Part shown: positions 49,140 to 61,200 of the stretch, piece after piece
How the letters are laid out: every line of letters starts with the position of its first letter
Position numbering within the stretch: the first letter of the stretch is position 1
From: Azolla caroliniana
Lineage: Eukaryota > Plantae > Polypodiophyta
Length of the DNA: 64,000 nucleotides
Direction of reading: 5' to 3'
Assembly: GCA_043228905.1 (NCBI GenBank)
Contig: JBHGNT010000014.1
Span: 7,626,001 to 7,690,000, forward strand
The notes under the pieces: generated by a model
Seen by the model: only the letters and a program-made list of their open reading frames with translations
What the model was told of the DNA's origin: nothing
Database searches by the model: none
Position numbers and translations under genes: made by a program

Positions 49140-51782
49140 TGCCCTATGCACGTGGTAAATATTTTGATATTCTTATTTTATTTATTTATATGTAATTAAA
49201 TCGGTTATATTATTTTTACTTTTTCACGTAGTGTACGAAATACACTACGACAGCGTTGTCAACCACGGAAGCGGAGTACATGGCAGCTGTGGAAGCTAGC
49301 AAGGAAATATTATGGATGAAGGACTTCATCGGAGAGCTCGGTATCTGGCAAGATGAATACCGGCTCTATTGCGACAGTCAAAGTGCCATCCACCTTGCTA
49401 AGAATGCAGCCTACCATTCCCGAACAAAGCATATCCAGTGAAGGTATCACTGGATCCGGAAAAGAGTAGATGACCAGGAGTTCGCGCTGACGAAGATCCA
49501 CACGGCCAAGAACGGGTCAGATATGCTGACCAAAGTACTGATACCCAACAAGTTGGATGCATGCCGGAAGCGGATCAGACTAGTAAGACATCCCATGCCG
49601 GAGTGAAGGGGGGGAGTTTGTAAGGAAACAGGTCCCTCCAGATGGGAAGTGTTCGGATGTGGAGTACCCGGCTACGGAAGACCGGGTGAGAACCAGACGA
49701 CGAGAACCCGGCTACGGAAGACCCGGTGAGAACCGGATGACGAGTACCCGGCTACAGAAGACCCAGTGAGAACCGGATGACGTGTGCCCGGAAAGCGCCG
49801 GATGATGCAGGCCCGGTGAGGAGTGCCCACCAGATGAAGGGACATATTCGTAAATATGTTTTTGAGAGTCCATCGGGGCTATATTTGTAAATAGCCGAAA
49901 AGTCATATTAGTATAAATATGACTGAGGGCAAACTTTAGTGTGTTTTTTTTAGTTGTCATTCTTGGTGGTGCAAGATTAGAGCGTAACAGTGTACAGAGA
50001 GAGAGAGAGAGAGATGAAGAGGTCGTTGCCTCTGTTGTAACCACCGCCTGTGGCGAAGATAGCAAGCTCGAGGTCGTTGCCTCGGTGCTTTACTATTGTA
50101 CATTCTAATATAGTGATAATTTGCAGTCTGTGGGCTGCCATGGTTTTTCCCTAGTTTGGGTTTTCCACGATAACATCATGTGTTCTCTTCTCTCCATTGT
50201 GTTGTGCATTCATTCCCATTTTCAGTGTTTGATTGTAAGCTTGGTTGTGGCCAAGCGTTGTTCATCGGGAGCGTGTAGTTCCTGACAGATGCGAGGCCTG
50301 GAACGAGCATATACGAAAGGACCGAAGGGGAGGCCGAGAGCGGCAACAAGAAGAGAGTCGAGAACCAACCTGACCGGAAGGCGAACTGGGAAAAGAATGA
50401 AGCGGGGCCCGGTCAACTGGGCCCAAACTGAAGAAGAGCCGACAAGACCAGAAGTGTTCAGCTGAACCCTTACCGACCGGTTACGATTATGGAAGGAAGC
50501 TGACCAAACCGGAACATGATCGGTCGGGACCGAACCGAGCAAGGACCAAGCCGGCATGATTGGAGATCGGGGAGGACGAGTCGCAACACATGGTGGGAGC
50601 CGGTGAGCGCGAGAAGGAGGCCAAGCGGGCATGACGACTACGGTCCTGTGAAAGACCGGAAACGGGCGGGACACTCCACACCTATTCTAGAGACTTCAGC
50701 GGTTGCGGATGAACGTAAGATTGGAGAGACGGCGGGTGGCAGCGAGGAGTCGGTTACCGGAGCGGGTATCCGGTATGAAATAATGGACGAATGGGGCCAA
50801 AACGGCAAGCCCCAGTTGGAACGAGCTATGACAACAAAGGGAGAAGAGGCCAACGTGGAGGTCAGGTATACGACGGGTGAAGGGAGTAAAACGAACCATG
50901 CACTACGACCGGCTAAGGGCCAAGAAGCAAGGATGCACCCAGAAGAGTGGCAACGAGTGACCGGCAACGGTGGGCCGATCGAGCCTTTAAGAGGCAAGCA
51001 CGTGGTGAGAGACGAAGCGGTAGGGTGCCATGATTGGTGGATGAACGGCTGGAGAGAAGCATGGTGTGCGGTGAATAAAAGGGTACACGTCGGGAAGAGA
51101 ATGTGTGGCGTGCCGGAGGACATGCGAGGCCAAGAGGGTGCAAGTCAAGGCGAAGCAGTATCAAGAGCAGCGAAGGACACCGACCCGGAGGTCGGTATGA
51201 GGGTACGTTCTACGGCGAGAGAACACGACAAGCAAGGGGGAAGCGAGGAGTGCGTAATGGGGTCGCGTAAGGACTGAAGAACGAGTGTGCATTCGGGGAA
51301 CGATAACGGCACACAAGAAGATCCTACGCAAAGCGAGCGCGGAGCGGAGAGAGTCAGCATGCGGAGACGATCGAACCGACAGAGGGACATACGCGGTACG
51401 CAAGGCGTGAAATCCGACGTACAACCGAAGTGACCGGGGGCCCAATCGAAGGGCATACATGGCGGACAAATTCGGAGTGGCCGGGTTGACAACGGCATCC
51501 AGGAGGACATATCGGGGAGGAAGGCGCAAACGTCGGATATGGTGGATCGGATGGAGCCGATGGATCGGGGCCGGAAGGAGCCGGCAAGGCGGTCGGGTGT
51601 CGGGACGGCAGATGACCCGGTTGATCATCGTCGCCAAAATCTCTCACCTTTTCCCTCTTGGCACATACCGGTGGATGTGCGGTTTGGTGGGGCCAGATGT
51701 CGTGAAGATTTCTGGCTACGGTGAGAAAACCGGGAGGGACAATTAAAATGGGGATGTGCAACATTGCACATGCACTTGTAAA

Positions 51783-54700
51783 TGTAAAAGATTATGTGCG
51801 GAAGCAATAGAAAACCGAACACACACGATATACGCAGGTTTAATGGAGAGCTTTGAGTATACACAATACACGGGAGAGATAGAGAGAGAGAAACACACAG
51901 AAACTCAATTCAAAATAATACTCAATCTGTACACACACCATGCTTAGTGACCACCTTTTATACAAGCCCTGACAATAGGGCTGACACAAGTATTGACAGT
52001 ACTTGACCGCTCATAAATGAGCCTCGACACTTACTCCCGAAATTATTCCTTACGAGGAATATCTTTCTAACGGCCTTCCGGTTTACGCACCGATATGGCC
52101 ATGTTATGTGTACCGATTTACGCACCCAGTCTACGCACTGGGTTACGCACCGTATTATGCACACATGTTGAGCTTGTCTCTCAACACTCCCCCGCAAGCT
52201 CAACTTGAGGTTCCACCTGCTCCACTGGATCTACGCTCCAGTTCCTTCTAGCTTCACGCCTCACTCGTGCTCCTCGATTCGTTCGATTCCGCGCGCCTCG
52301 ACCCTCCCGGTCGGCTTGACTGCTTAAACGGCCCTTCTCAGCTTCCTTGTTGTTGTAGTGTTGGCGCCTCTTCTGCTACCTTCTCTTCCGCTTGGCCCTT
52401 GGTTGATTCAGCGTAACCGAATCAAACATCCGAACTAACTCGGCTTCCTCCGATCCGTTTTCGTTCTCATCCGAGTTGGTTGTCTCCAACTCGTCTTCAA
52501 TCTTCTCGCCCTTGATGGCTTCATCTCCCCCATGCTTGGCTAGCTTTGGCTCTTTCTTCCGGTTGCTCCCCTTATGTCCGCTTTCACACTCTTCCGTGGA
52601 TCCGCCCTCAGCTTCTTCAACCAATCCGAAATCGAATTCGTCATCCGACTCGGCGTCACGGTCTTTTCCGCTCCTTTCCTACTCCCTTCCGTGGTCATCC
52701 AGGACGTCTCTACCCCTCAAGTTCGGCTCGTCGAGGTGACGCAACCCAAGCGCACCCGAGAATTGTTGCAACTTTTCCAGACCAAGAGGCTTGGTGAAGA
52801 TGTCGGCGTTCTTCCAATCCGTCGGAACATATTGAAGTTCAACTTCACCGGAGAGGACACGCTCACGGACGAAATGGTAGTGAACCTCAATGTGCTTAGT
52901 CCGGGCGTGGAAGACAGGGTTCTTTGCTAGCTAGATGCTACTGAGGTTGTTGTAGTAGATTGTCGTTGGATTAAATATCTCCACCTGCATATCCTCAAGT
53001 AGCCGCTTCAACCATATGGCTTCAAATGTCGCGACATCCGCTCCTCTATACTCGGCTTCGGTGCCCAACTGCGCAACTGTCGGTTGCGTCTTGCTCCTCC
53101 ACATGATCGCGGCACTCCCAAGAGAGAACGCGAAACCGAACCTGGATCGGCGATCGGTGGCGTTTCCGGCCCAATCAGCATCGGTGTAACCAACCAACTG
53201 CGTGGCAATATCGGTTTGATATAGTAGCCCCCGGTCCTTAGTGCCATTGATGTACCGGAGTACGTGTTGTGCCCACTGAAGGTGCTCCTAGGTCGGTCGC
53301 GCCATGAACTGACTAATCACCTCGATTGGGTAGTTGAGATCTAGTCGGGTGATGGTCAAGTATATAAGTCGACGTACCACACCTCGTCCAACTTCGGGGT
53401 GATCTTCTTCATCGAGTTAGCTTTGTATCTCTTCACGAAGACTGACCCTTTTCCGGATCCTTCGGCGTAGTGCGATCGTTGCCGATTTCCTTTGTTGGTC
53501 AGTCCGGAACCTGATCCTGACCCGGTTCTCTCCAAATCAGCGCACTTTTTCCAGCACTCGCTCTCCCTGTGGCCTTTCTTGCCACAGTACCAACCTTCCG
53601 CAGCGGATTTCCCTTGCCGGTTCTCGTCGCCTTGACTCCCCCTGTTTCCAAAGGGTCCGGAATTGTTGTCGGCATCGCTTCGATGCCTTCTTCCTTGATC
53701 TCGTTGGCTGCCTCCATTGCGCACCGACTCGCCATCTCCCTCCATGTACAACATCTTGTTGTCGGCATGCGTGCTCGTCGACGCACCCGCGTGGTTCTCC
53801 TCTACAAGGAGCATCGATTGTAAGTCAAAAAACAACGGCGTGTGTACACACAGCAATTCGGAACACTCCGAACTTCGACGTCAGTCCCCCGAGACTAATC
53901 TGCACCATCTCACCTTCCTCGACGTTCACATCGATAGAGGCTAAAGAGTCGCATATATCTTTGATCTTCGAGGTGTAATCAACCACTGATAAGTCGCGTT
54001 GTCATAAATTGCTTATCTCCTGTCGGAGTTGAAGCTTCCAAGCTGTCGTGCTTGCGGCGAAAATCTTCTTCAGATTTCCCCAAGCATTCTTTGGCGTTTT
54101 CGCATCCCGAATATAGTTGAGGAGTTGTTCGCCCACACAAGACGCGAAGCAGTACAGTACTCTGCTCATTGGCTGTTCCCACACCGGGAAATCTCTGTGT
54201 GTCGATTCGGGTGCTATGTCCTTTGCTCCGTCAACATAGCTCCAGTAACCATGCCTGAACAGGTACTGGTGCATCCTGTAGGACCAAGATGCGTAGTTGT
54301 TTCTGTAGAGCTTCTCCGTCGGAAGTGAGCTAGCCATGCCTCTATCCATCGGTTTTATCTGTTCTTCTTGGTTGGTTTTCCTTTCAAGCTATGTCGGTTG
54401 CAGAGGCTCTCAACCCTCACGCTCTGATACCATGTAAAATATTATGTGCGGAAGCAATAGAAAACTGAAAACACACAGAATACGCAGGTTTAATGGAGAG
54501 CCTGACCTGAGTATACACAGTACGCGGGAGAGACAGAGAGAGAGAAACACACAGAACCTCAATTCAAAATAATACTCAATTTGTACACACATCGTGCTCA
54601 ATGAGCACCTTTTATACAAGCCCTGACAATAGGGCTGACACAAGTACTGACAGTACTTGATCGCTCATAAATGAGCCTCAACACTTACTCCCAAAATTAT

Positions 54701-54841
54701 TCCTTACGAGGAATATCTTTCTAAACGGCCTTCCGGTTTACGCACCGATACAACCATGTTATGCGTACCGATTTACACACCTAGTCTACGCACTGGGTTA
54801 CGCACCGTATTATGCACGAATGTTGAGCTTGTCTCTCAATT
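51783..54841 (-). mobile_element. Ty1/copia element G, internally deleted, inserted in the 3' LTR of D
   Basis: LTRs 51783-52186 and 54433-54841; PBS iMet 54421-54432; TSD GTAAA / ATAAA; protease WYVD fused directly to RT IYLTITR. Confidence 0.93.
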
Positions 54842-55445
54842 ATAAATTTGTGTAATAAGAATAAGTAAACAAAATGTAATGGGAAGGGTAACAATCTAAG
54901 GTGCTAAAGGTGCACCACGAAGTTTGTAGAGGCATAAATGTGATGTGCACTTTGTAGAGTACGAGGCCAGTAATGGGCATAGTAGTATGTGTGAGGAGTG
55001 GGAGCTAAGGCCCATTAATCCCTCCTCCTAGAATCTAAGCAAATATCCCCATTGAATAAAGGGGATATTTAGTCTCTCCTTTTTGTAACGGCTTTCTCTC
55101 CTTATGCTATCAAAGGAGAGGAAGGGGCACCATTGAAGACGTTGCCTATTTTGAGTAAGAGAGGTCTTCTTTACTTGCTTATCCGGTTAGGGTTTTGTTA
55201 TACCGTTTGGTGCGGCCTCTACGGCCATTGTTGTAATCATTCGGGAAGTCTTAATAAACTTGTTGAGTATCTCGACTCCATCGTCTTCTTCTTCAATCTT
55301 CATGTCATATTCATTGTCCTCTCCTCTTGAGCTAAGCTTCCATTTCTTGTCTTATTCTTTCTCCTCTACTCCCTAGTCCAAGACCCCCGCGGTCCGCGGT
55401 CCCGCCTTGGATCCTACACGTACTTGCGGAATATTGTGACAACGT

Positions 55446-55697
55446 TGGTGAATTTGCAACAACATTCGACAAGAGATGAAGGGATCATTAAAGAACCCTA
55501 GATTAGCTTACATGCAAAATTTGATGGTACAAGGTCTCAATTTAGGGATTTTTAAATCACTTACGACTCCTCATTCAAATGTATCCCATACGATAACCAA
55601 CTAATGCATCTCGAGTAGGGTTTGTAGGCACCCTATTGATGGGCATAACATTATCTTGGTTTGCTCCTGTACTTGAAACGAAATCTCCATTGTTATA
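55446..55697 (+). pseudogene. Decayed gag of gypsy L (continuation after element D)
   Basis: KFDGTRSQFR..VGFVGTLL.G..LSWFAP resembles J gag KFDGTRSWLRG..VGLIGALLTG..AWFAP. Confidence 0.75.
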
Positions 55698-58600
55698 TGT
55701 TAAAGAATACGTGTGCGATAGACACTGAATACACAGTCAGTGTTCAGAAACTCGACAGTTAGGTAAACACGAGAATAGTGAGAGAGAGAGAGAGAGAGAC
55801 ATAGGGAGCAAAGAACAACTTCTATTACAAATAATGAACACTCTATGTACATACACAGTGCTTAGTGAGCACTTTTTATACAAGCCCTTAACAAGTGGGC
55901 TGTTACAAGTACCATCAGTAGTTGAATGCTCATAAATGAGCATGACACCATGATTCCGGATATCATCCGGACACTGATCCGATTCTCCGTTCCAGATATC
56001 AATCTGGATATAGCTTATGCAGCCAATCCAGATTCGGTTGAGCTTGCTCGCTCAACACTCCCCCTCAAGTTCAATTTGAGGTCAAATTGTGGTGTCAGTG
56101 TCTGTAGTAGCCAGTCCTTTCCTTTGGCTGCTTCTTACGTCCTCCTACCTTGCCCGCACTCCTCGTCCAGTCTGGTTCCACTTCCCACGACCCATCTAGT
56201 TCTGTGCACCTCGTCCTCCTTGGTCGACTTGTCTATACAGCAAGCCCATTTTAGTTCCTTCGCTGTTATGACTCTGGCGCTTGTCGAGCCATTAGCTCCT
56301 CCGTGTTGCTGTTGACTTCCGCTGCCTTCTTGTCCGCTTGTTAGTTTATCCGGCTTCCTCCGATTCGTTCCAACTCTTGTCCGAGTTGGTAGTCTCCAAC
56401 TCGTCTTCTGTTTTAGGCCCTTCACCACGTTGAACCACGTCCGGATCTTGGCCTTCTTCCGGTTGGGTCTGTCCTTCTTGACTCTGCCACCGATACCACT
56501 TGTTGAGACGTTTTCGAATGTGTCGACTCCTTCGGTCTGCTATGCTTCCTTTATCTGCTCATCTCCCCCCTTGATTCTTTCTTCCTCTTCGCCTCCTTGT
56601 CTGGTGCCATCCGTTCCTGTTCCTGTTCTCCCCCATCGAGATGCTAAATGCTGAGCATTTCCGAAAAATGATGCAGCTTGTCTGATCCGAGTGGCTTGGT
56701 GAAGATGTCGGCAACCTGCTGATCCATGTGAACATATTGAAGTTCAACTTCACCGCTCAAGACCCGCTCACGAACAAAGTGATAATGCACTTCTATGTGC
56801 TTTGTCCGAGCATGGAATACAAGGTTCTTCACGAGCTGTATGTTGCTTACATTGTCGCAGTAGATCAGGATTGGGGTCAGCATCTCGATCCGGAGGTCAC
56901 GCAGCAGTTGCCAAAGGCAGATGACTTCACAGGTGGCAATGTTAGCGCCCCGGTACTCAGTCTCAATGCTCGACAGAGCCAGTATTGGCTGCTTTTTGCT
57001 GCCTCATGCAACGACCACGCTACCAAGAGAACACATGTAACCGTACATGGATTGGTAATCCGATGCATCACCAACCTAGTCGGCATCGGTATATCCGATT
57101 AGCTTCCCAACTATACTATGTCGATATAATAGTTCCTGGTCCTTCGTGCCGCTAACATACCAGAGTATCTGGTGTGTGCACAGAAGGTGCTCGATAGTTA
57201 GCTTCTGCATGAACTAGTTGATCACTCCGACCGGGTAACTAACGTCGAATCGAGTGATTGTCAAGTATATGAGGCTTCCGACAATTTGTCTGAACCGTTT
57301 CTCATTGCAGGCCAGTCCGGAGTCGGGACGTACCTTCAAGTTCCGGTCTAGGGGTGTGGAGATCGGTCGGCATTCCGTCATGCCGAACTTGTACAACATA
57401 TTCAACACATAGTGTCTTTGTGAGAGCAATATGCCGTCAGGGGTCCGGATCACCTCGATCCCAAGAAAATAATGAAGGTCCCCCAGGTCCTTCATTTCAA
57501 ATGCGTCCGACTGTCACTAATGAACAATTGGGGGTAAAGAGATGGGGAAGTTGATGAGAGATAGGGAGATCGAGAAGTTGATGAAAATGAGTAAAAATAT
57601 CTATTCCATGACTGGTGTTGATCTCCTTGATGTTAACAAGGGAGATCAACCCTTTTTATACATGTAGTGATGCATTATAATCATGCTCATGCCAAGTCTT
57701 ACATACTATAATATCAAGCATACTAATTCTTGCATGCCAAGTCTTACATACTCAGTCTTACATACCGAGTCTTACATATTGGGTCTTACATACTAGGTCT
57801 TACATACCACTCTTTACACAAAGGTTTGAATTCTAAAGTTTGTCTAGGAGAAATATATATACAAGGGCCTAAGGTTCACATTCGAGTCGATGTTCATGAC
57901 GTTATCCTCCCCTTAAGTGCCGACTTCAAGAAGGTGCGGGTTTGTGAGGATATCGGAGATGAAAATCATGAACCACTTCCGGGGCATTTAGTAAATTTCT
58001 AGCGGGCTCCTATTTAGCCTCAAAGATGGGATATCCTTTCCACAATACCAAATACTGGAGCTTTCGTCGGCTCTTGTGCGAGTCCAAAATGGTCTTGACT
58101 TCATACTCATCCCCGGTCGCCAAAGCCACAGGGGGAGGTGGCTCGATGCTTCTTCTTAGAATTGAGGATGGATGATAGAGCTCAAGAAATGATGCATGGA
58201 AGACATTGTGAATTCGGTAGTGTGATGGAAGAGCAAGACGGAAAGCCACAATGTTGACTTTATCAATGATGCGGAATGGACCCAACTTTTTGTAATCAAG
58301 TTTGTTACATGGGCGAGTTGTCGGAATATGTCGACGTAATAGCCATACCATGTCACTAACTTTAAAATCAAGTGCAACCCGTCGATGTTGATCAGCCAGC
58401 CTTCTCTTTGTGTCATTCTTGAGCAATTGAGAATTCTAGGGATAGGTCATGATGCACTTCTTTCATCAGACGAGCTCGTTCTTCAGGAGATGGATTCACA
58501 GAACCAACAGGGATAGCTATACTAAAGCATGGGTGGAATCCATAATTTGCGAAGAAGGGTGTTACACTAGTTGATGTGTGGAGAGTATTGTTGTAGGCGA

Positions 58601-60969
58601 ACTCAGCCATTGGAAGAAATTTGATCCAATCATCTTGTTGATAACTCATCATACATCGGAGATATTGCTCTAGGATCTGATTTACTTGTTCCATTTGGCC
58701 ATCTGTCTCAGGATGGAAGGCTGTCGAAAATTTTGTGGAAGTTCCAAGAGTCTGGAAGAGGTGCTTCCAGAAATGAGACATAAATTGGGGACCATGATCA
58801 GAGATAATGTCATTCGGTAAACCTTGAAGGCGCACAATATTTGTTAACAATAGATCTATTGTTTCCGTCCCTGAAGTGCCATCTTTGTGAATCTATCCAC
58901 CACCACTAATACTGAATTGAATCCCTGAATGTCAGGAAGGTCAGTGATAAAATCCATCGAGATGGAGGCCCATGGCCTACTTGGAATTGGCAAAGGTTGA
59001 AGTAGACCGTAGGGACGATGATGTATTGCTTTGGCGAGGGCACATGTATCACATGTTTTCACAAATTGTTTAACAAGTTTCCAAGGTTGTGACCACCAAT
59101 AACTTCTAGAGATTAACTACAAATGTTTTGCAATGCCAAAATGTCCAGCTAGGGCATCATCATGGCATTCCTTCATGATACGGATACGACAAGGACCATC
59201 TGCGACATACATTAAGTTGTTCCGAAAAAGAAAACCATCTCGAAAAATAAATTGTTCTTGACTATTCCATACCTCCTTTATGTTTGATTTGTTGACCCGA
59301 TTATCCTTAATTTCTTTTGCAAATTTGTTAGTGGCAGTATTTGTGGCTATTGCATTGAGTAATGATTCATCTGCACCCATATAAGCTGCAAAGAGCTAAA
59401 TTTAATGTGGCTGTAGGAGACAACGTGATTGTTGATTGTAGGTCTCATCTCCTGGTCGAATTTTGAATTTCGAACGCCGAGATAGGGCATCGGCTTTACC
59501 ATGTTGGGCATAGGGACGAAAAACAATTTGAAAGTCATAGTCAGCTAGGAAGGTCGACCATCGCGCTTGCCTCTGGTTCAAAGTGCGAGTAGTGGTGAAG
59601 TAGACGAGGTTCTTGTGATCGGTCACCAGTTGGACACGGTGTTGGGTGTCTGCTAAGTAAGGACACCATTCTTCAAAGGCGGCAATAATGGCAAATAGTT
59701 CTTTGTCATAAACTGGGTAGTTGATCTCGGGAGGTGTGAACTTCCAAGAGTAAAAGGCAACAAGATGAAGAATCCCATTGTTATCTGATTGAGAGAGAAT
59801 GGCACCGATGGCGAAGTCAGAGGCATCAGTTTCGATCGTAAAATGGTTTGGTCAGATCTGGGTGTAGAAGTACCGGAGTTGAGGTAAAAGCCTTTTTTAG
59901 TGTCTCGAATGCTAGTTGGGTTGTGGGAGTCCAACAAAAAGGGGAATCCTTCCGAGTGAGTGCTATAAGTGGTTGCGCCAATGTAGAGAATCCCTGAATG
60001 AATCAACGATAGAAGTTGGCAAAACCCAAAAATGATTGCACATCCTTGACCTTGGTGGGGACTTCCCACTGTTGAACTGTTTCGACTTTCTTCTCGTCCA
60101 TAGTGATACCATTAGATGAAATGACATACCTGAGTAATTCAACTGAGGTTTGATCAAACTCACACTTTTTGGGTTTCGCATGGTCAAGATAAGTCGAACG
60201 TGCTTGGTGTGTTCTATGTAGTCCTGTGAGAAGATAAGTATGTCGTCGAGATAGATGACCACAAATTGGTCTAGATATTCTCGAAAGATGTCATTCATCA
60301 TATGCTGCAAAACGGCAGGAGCATTTGTGAGACCAAATGGCATTACCATGTATTCAAAATGCCCATACCTAGTTTGAAATGTCGTTTTCCACTCATCTCC
60401 AAGCTTGACACGCACCAAGTTGTAGGCGCCTCTAAGATAGATTTTGGAGAATATACGCTCAGCCCGAAGTCGGTCGAGGAGTTCGGGGATTAGAGGTAGT
60501 GGATAGCGGTTTCAAACCATGAATCGATTGAGCCAGCGATAGTCGATACATAGGCGCAACGTTCCATCTTTCTTTTTGACAAATAGAATAGGAGAGCTAG
60601 TTGGAGATTTTGAGTGGTGAATGAATCCCTTTGCGAGTTTCTCTTCAATGTATATTTTGAGGGTCTTCAGTTCAGGTTCCGATAACCCATAGATAGGGCT
60701 AAATGGAGGACCAACACCATCTTTCAAGTCAATTGGACAATCATATGGGCGATGTTCGTGCAAGCGATCAACATTTTTCTTCTCAAATACATCAGAGAAA
60801 TCATTGTATTTTGATGGAAAAGAGCTAGTACATAGGGTAGTATCTGGAGTGGACATGACTGCCATGTCCTTACAATTAGAAATGGATGCAATCAGCATTG
60901 TATCGCTTACCCGAGCAAGAGTTGGAACTGTTTCTGAGGCCGACACGGGACTAACTATCGATGTTGTTT

Positions 60970-61200
60970 CTATTGGAGCAACCGCTCACATGGTTCTCTC
61001 TGAAGAGGAAATGGGACCGACTGATAACCTGGTCCTCACCGAAGCAGAAATGGGAGTTGCCCCTGAAACATTGGTGGGAGCAACCGTTGACGCAGTCCTC
61101 ACTAGAGCTAAAATTGGAATCGGAGCAAACATTGATGTGGTTCTCACTGGAGTAGAAACGGGAGTTGTCCCTAAAACATGAGACGGTCTTCACCGGAGTA
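60970..61200. repeat. Degenerate ~39-bp repeats in the protease-RT spacer of J
   Basis: gga..tggttctcact..ga.gcagaaatg-like units. Confidence 0.6.

Larger units (their letters stand above)
45680..49252 (-). mobile_element. Pol-less tRNA-Trp-primed LTR element F (3.57 kb, best preserved copy)
   Basis: 787-bp LTRs 45680-46466 and 48466-49252; 4-bp TSD GCGT (45676-45679 / 49253-49256); removal restores host TVALSTTEAE; PBS 48444-48461. Confidence 0.96.
41294..50287 (+). mobile_element. Ty1/copia element H (Tnt1/Tork-like by peptide similarity; hosts element F)
   Basis: LTRs 41294-41986 and 49619-50287; PBS TGGTATCAGAGC 41990-42001; PPT 49601-49616; TSD imperfect (GAGGA / GATGC). Confidence 0.94.
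33095..55441 (+). mobile_element. Pol-less tRNA-Trp-primed LTR element D (hosts E, H, F, G and a solo LTR)
   Basis: 5' LTR 33095-33835; 3' LTR 51698-51782 plus 54847-55441; PBS 33841-33858; TSD GCGT (33091-33094) / ACGT (55442-55445); gag-like ORF. Confidence 0.9.
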
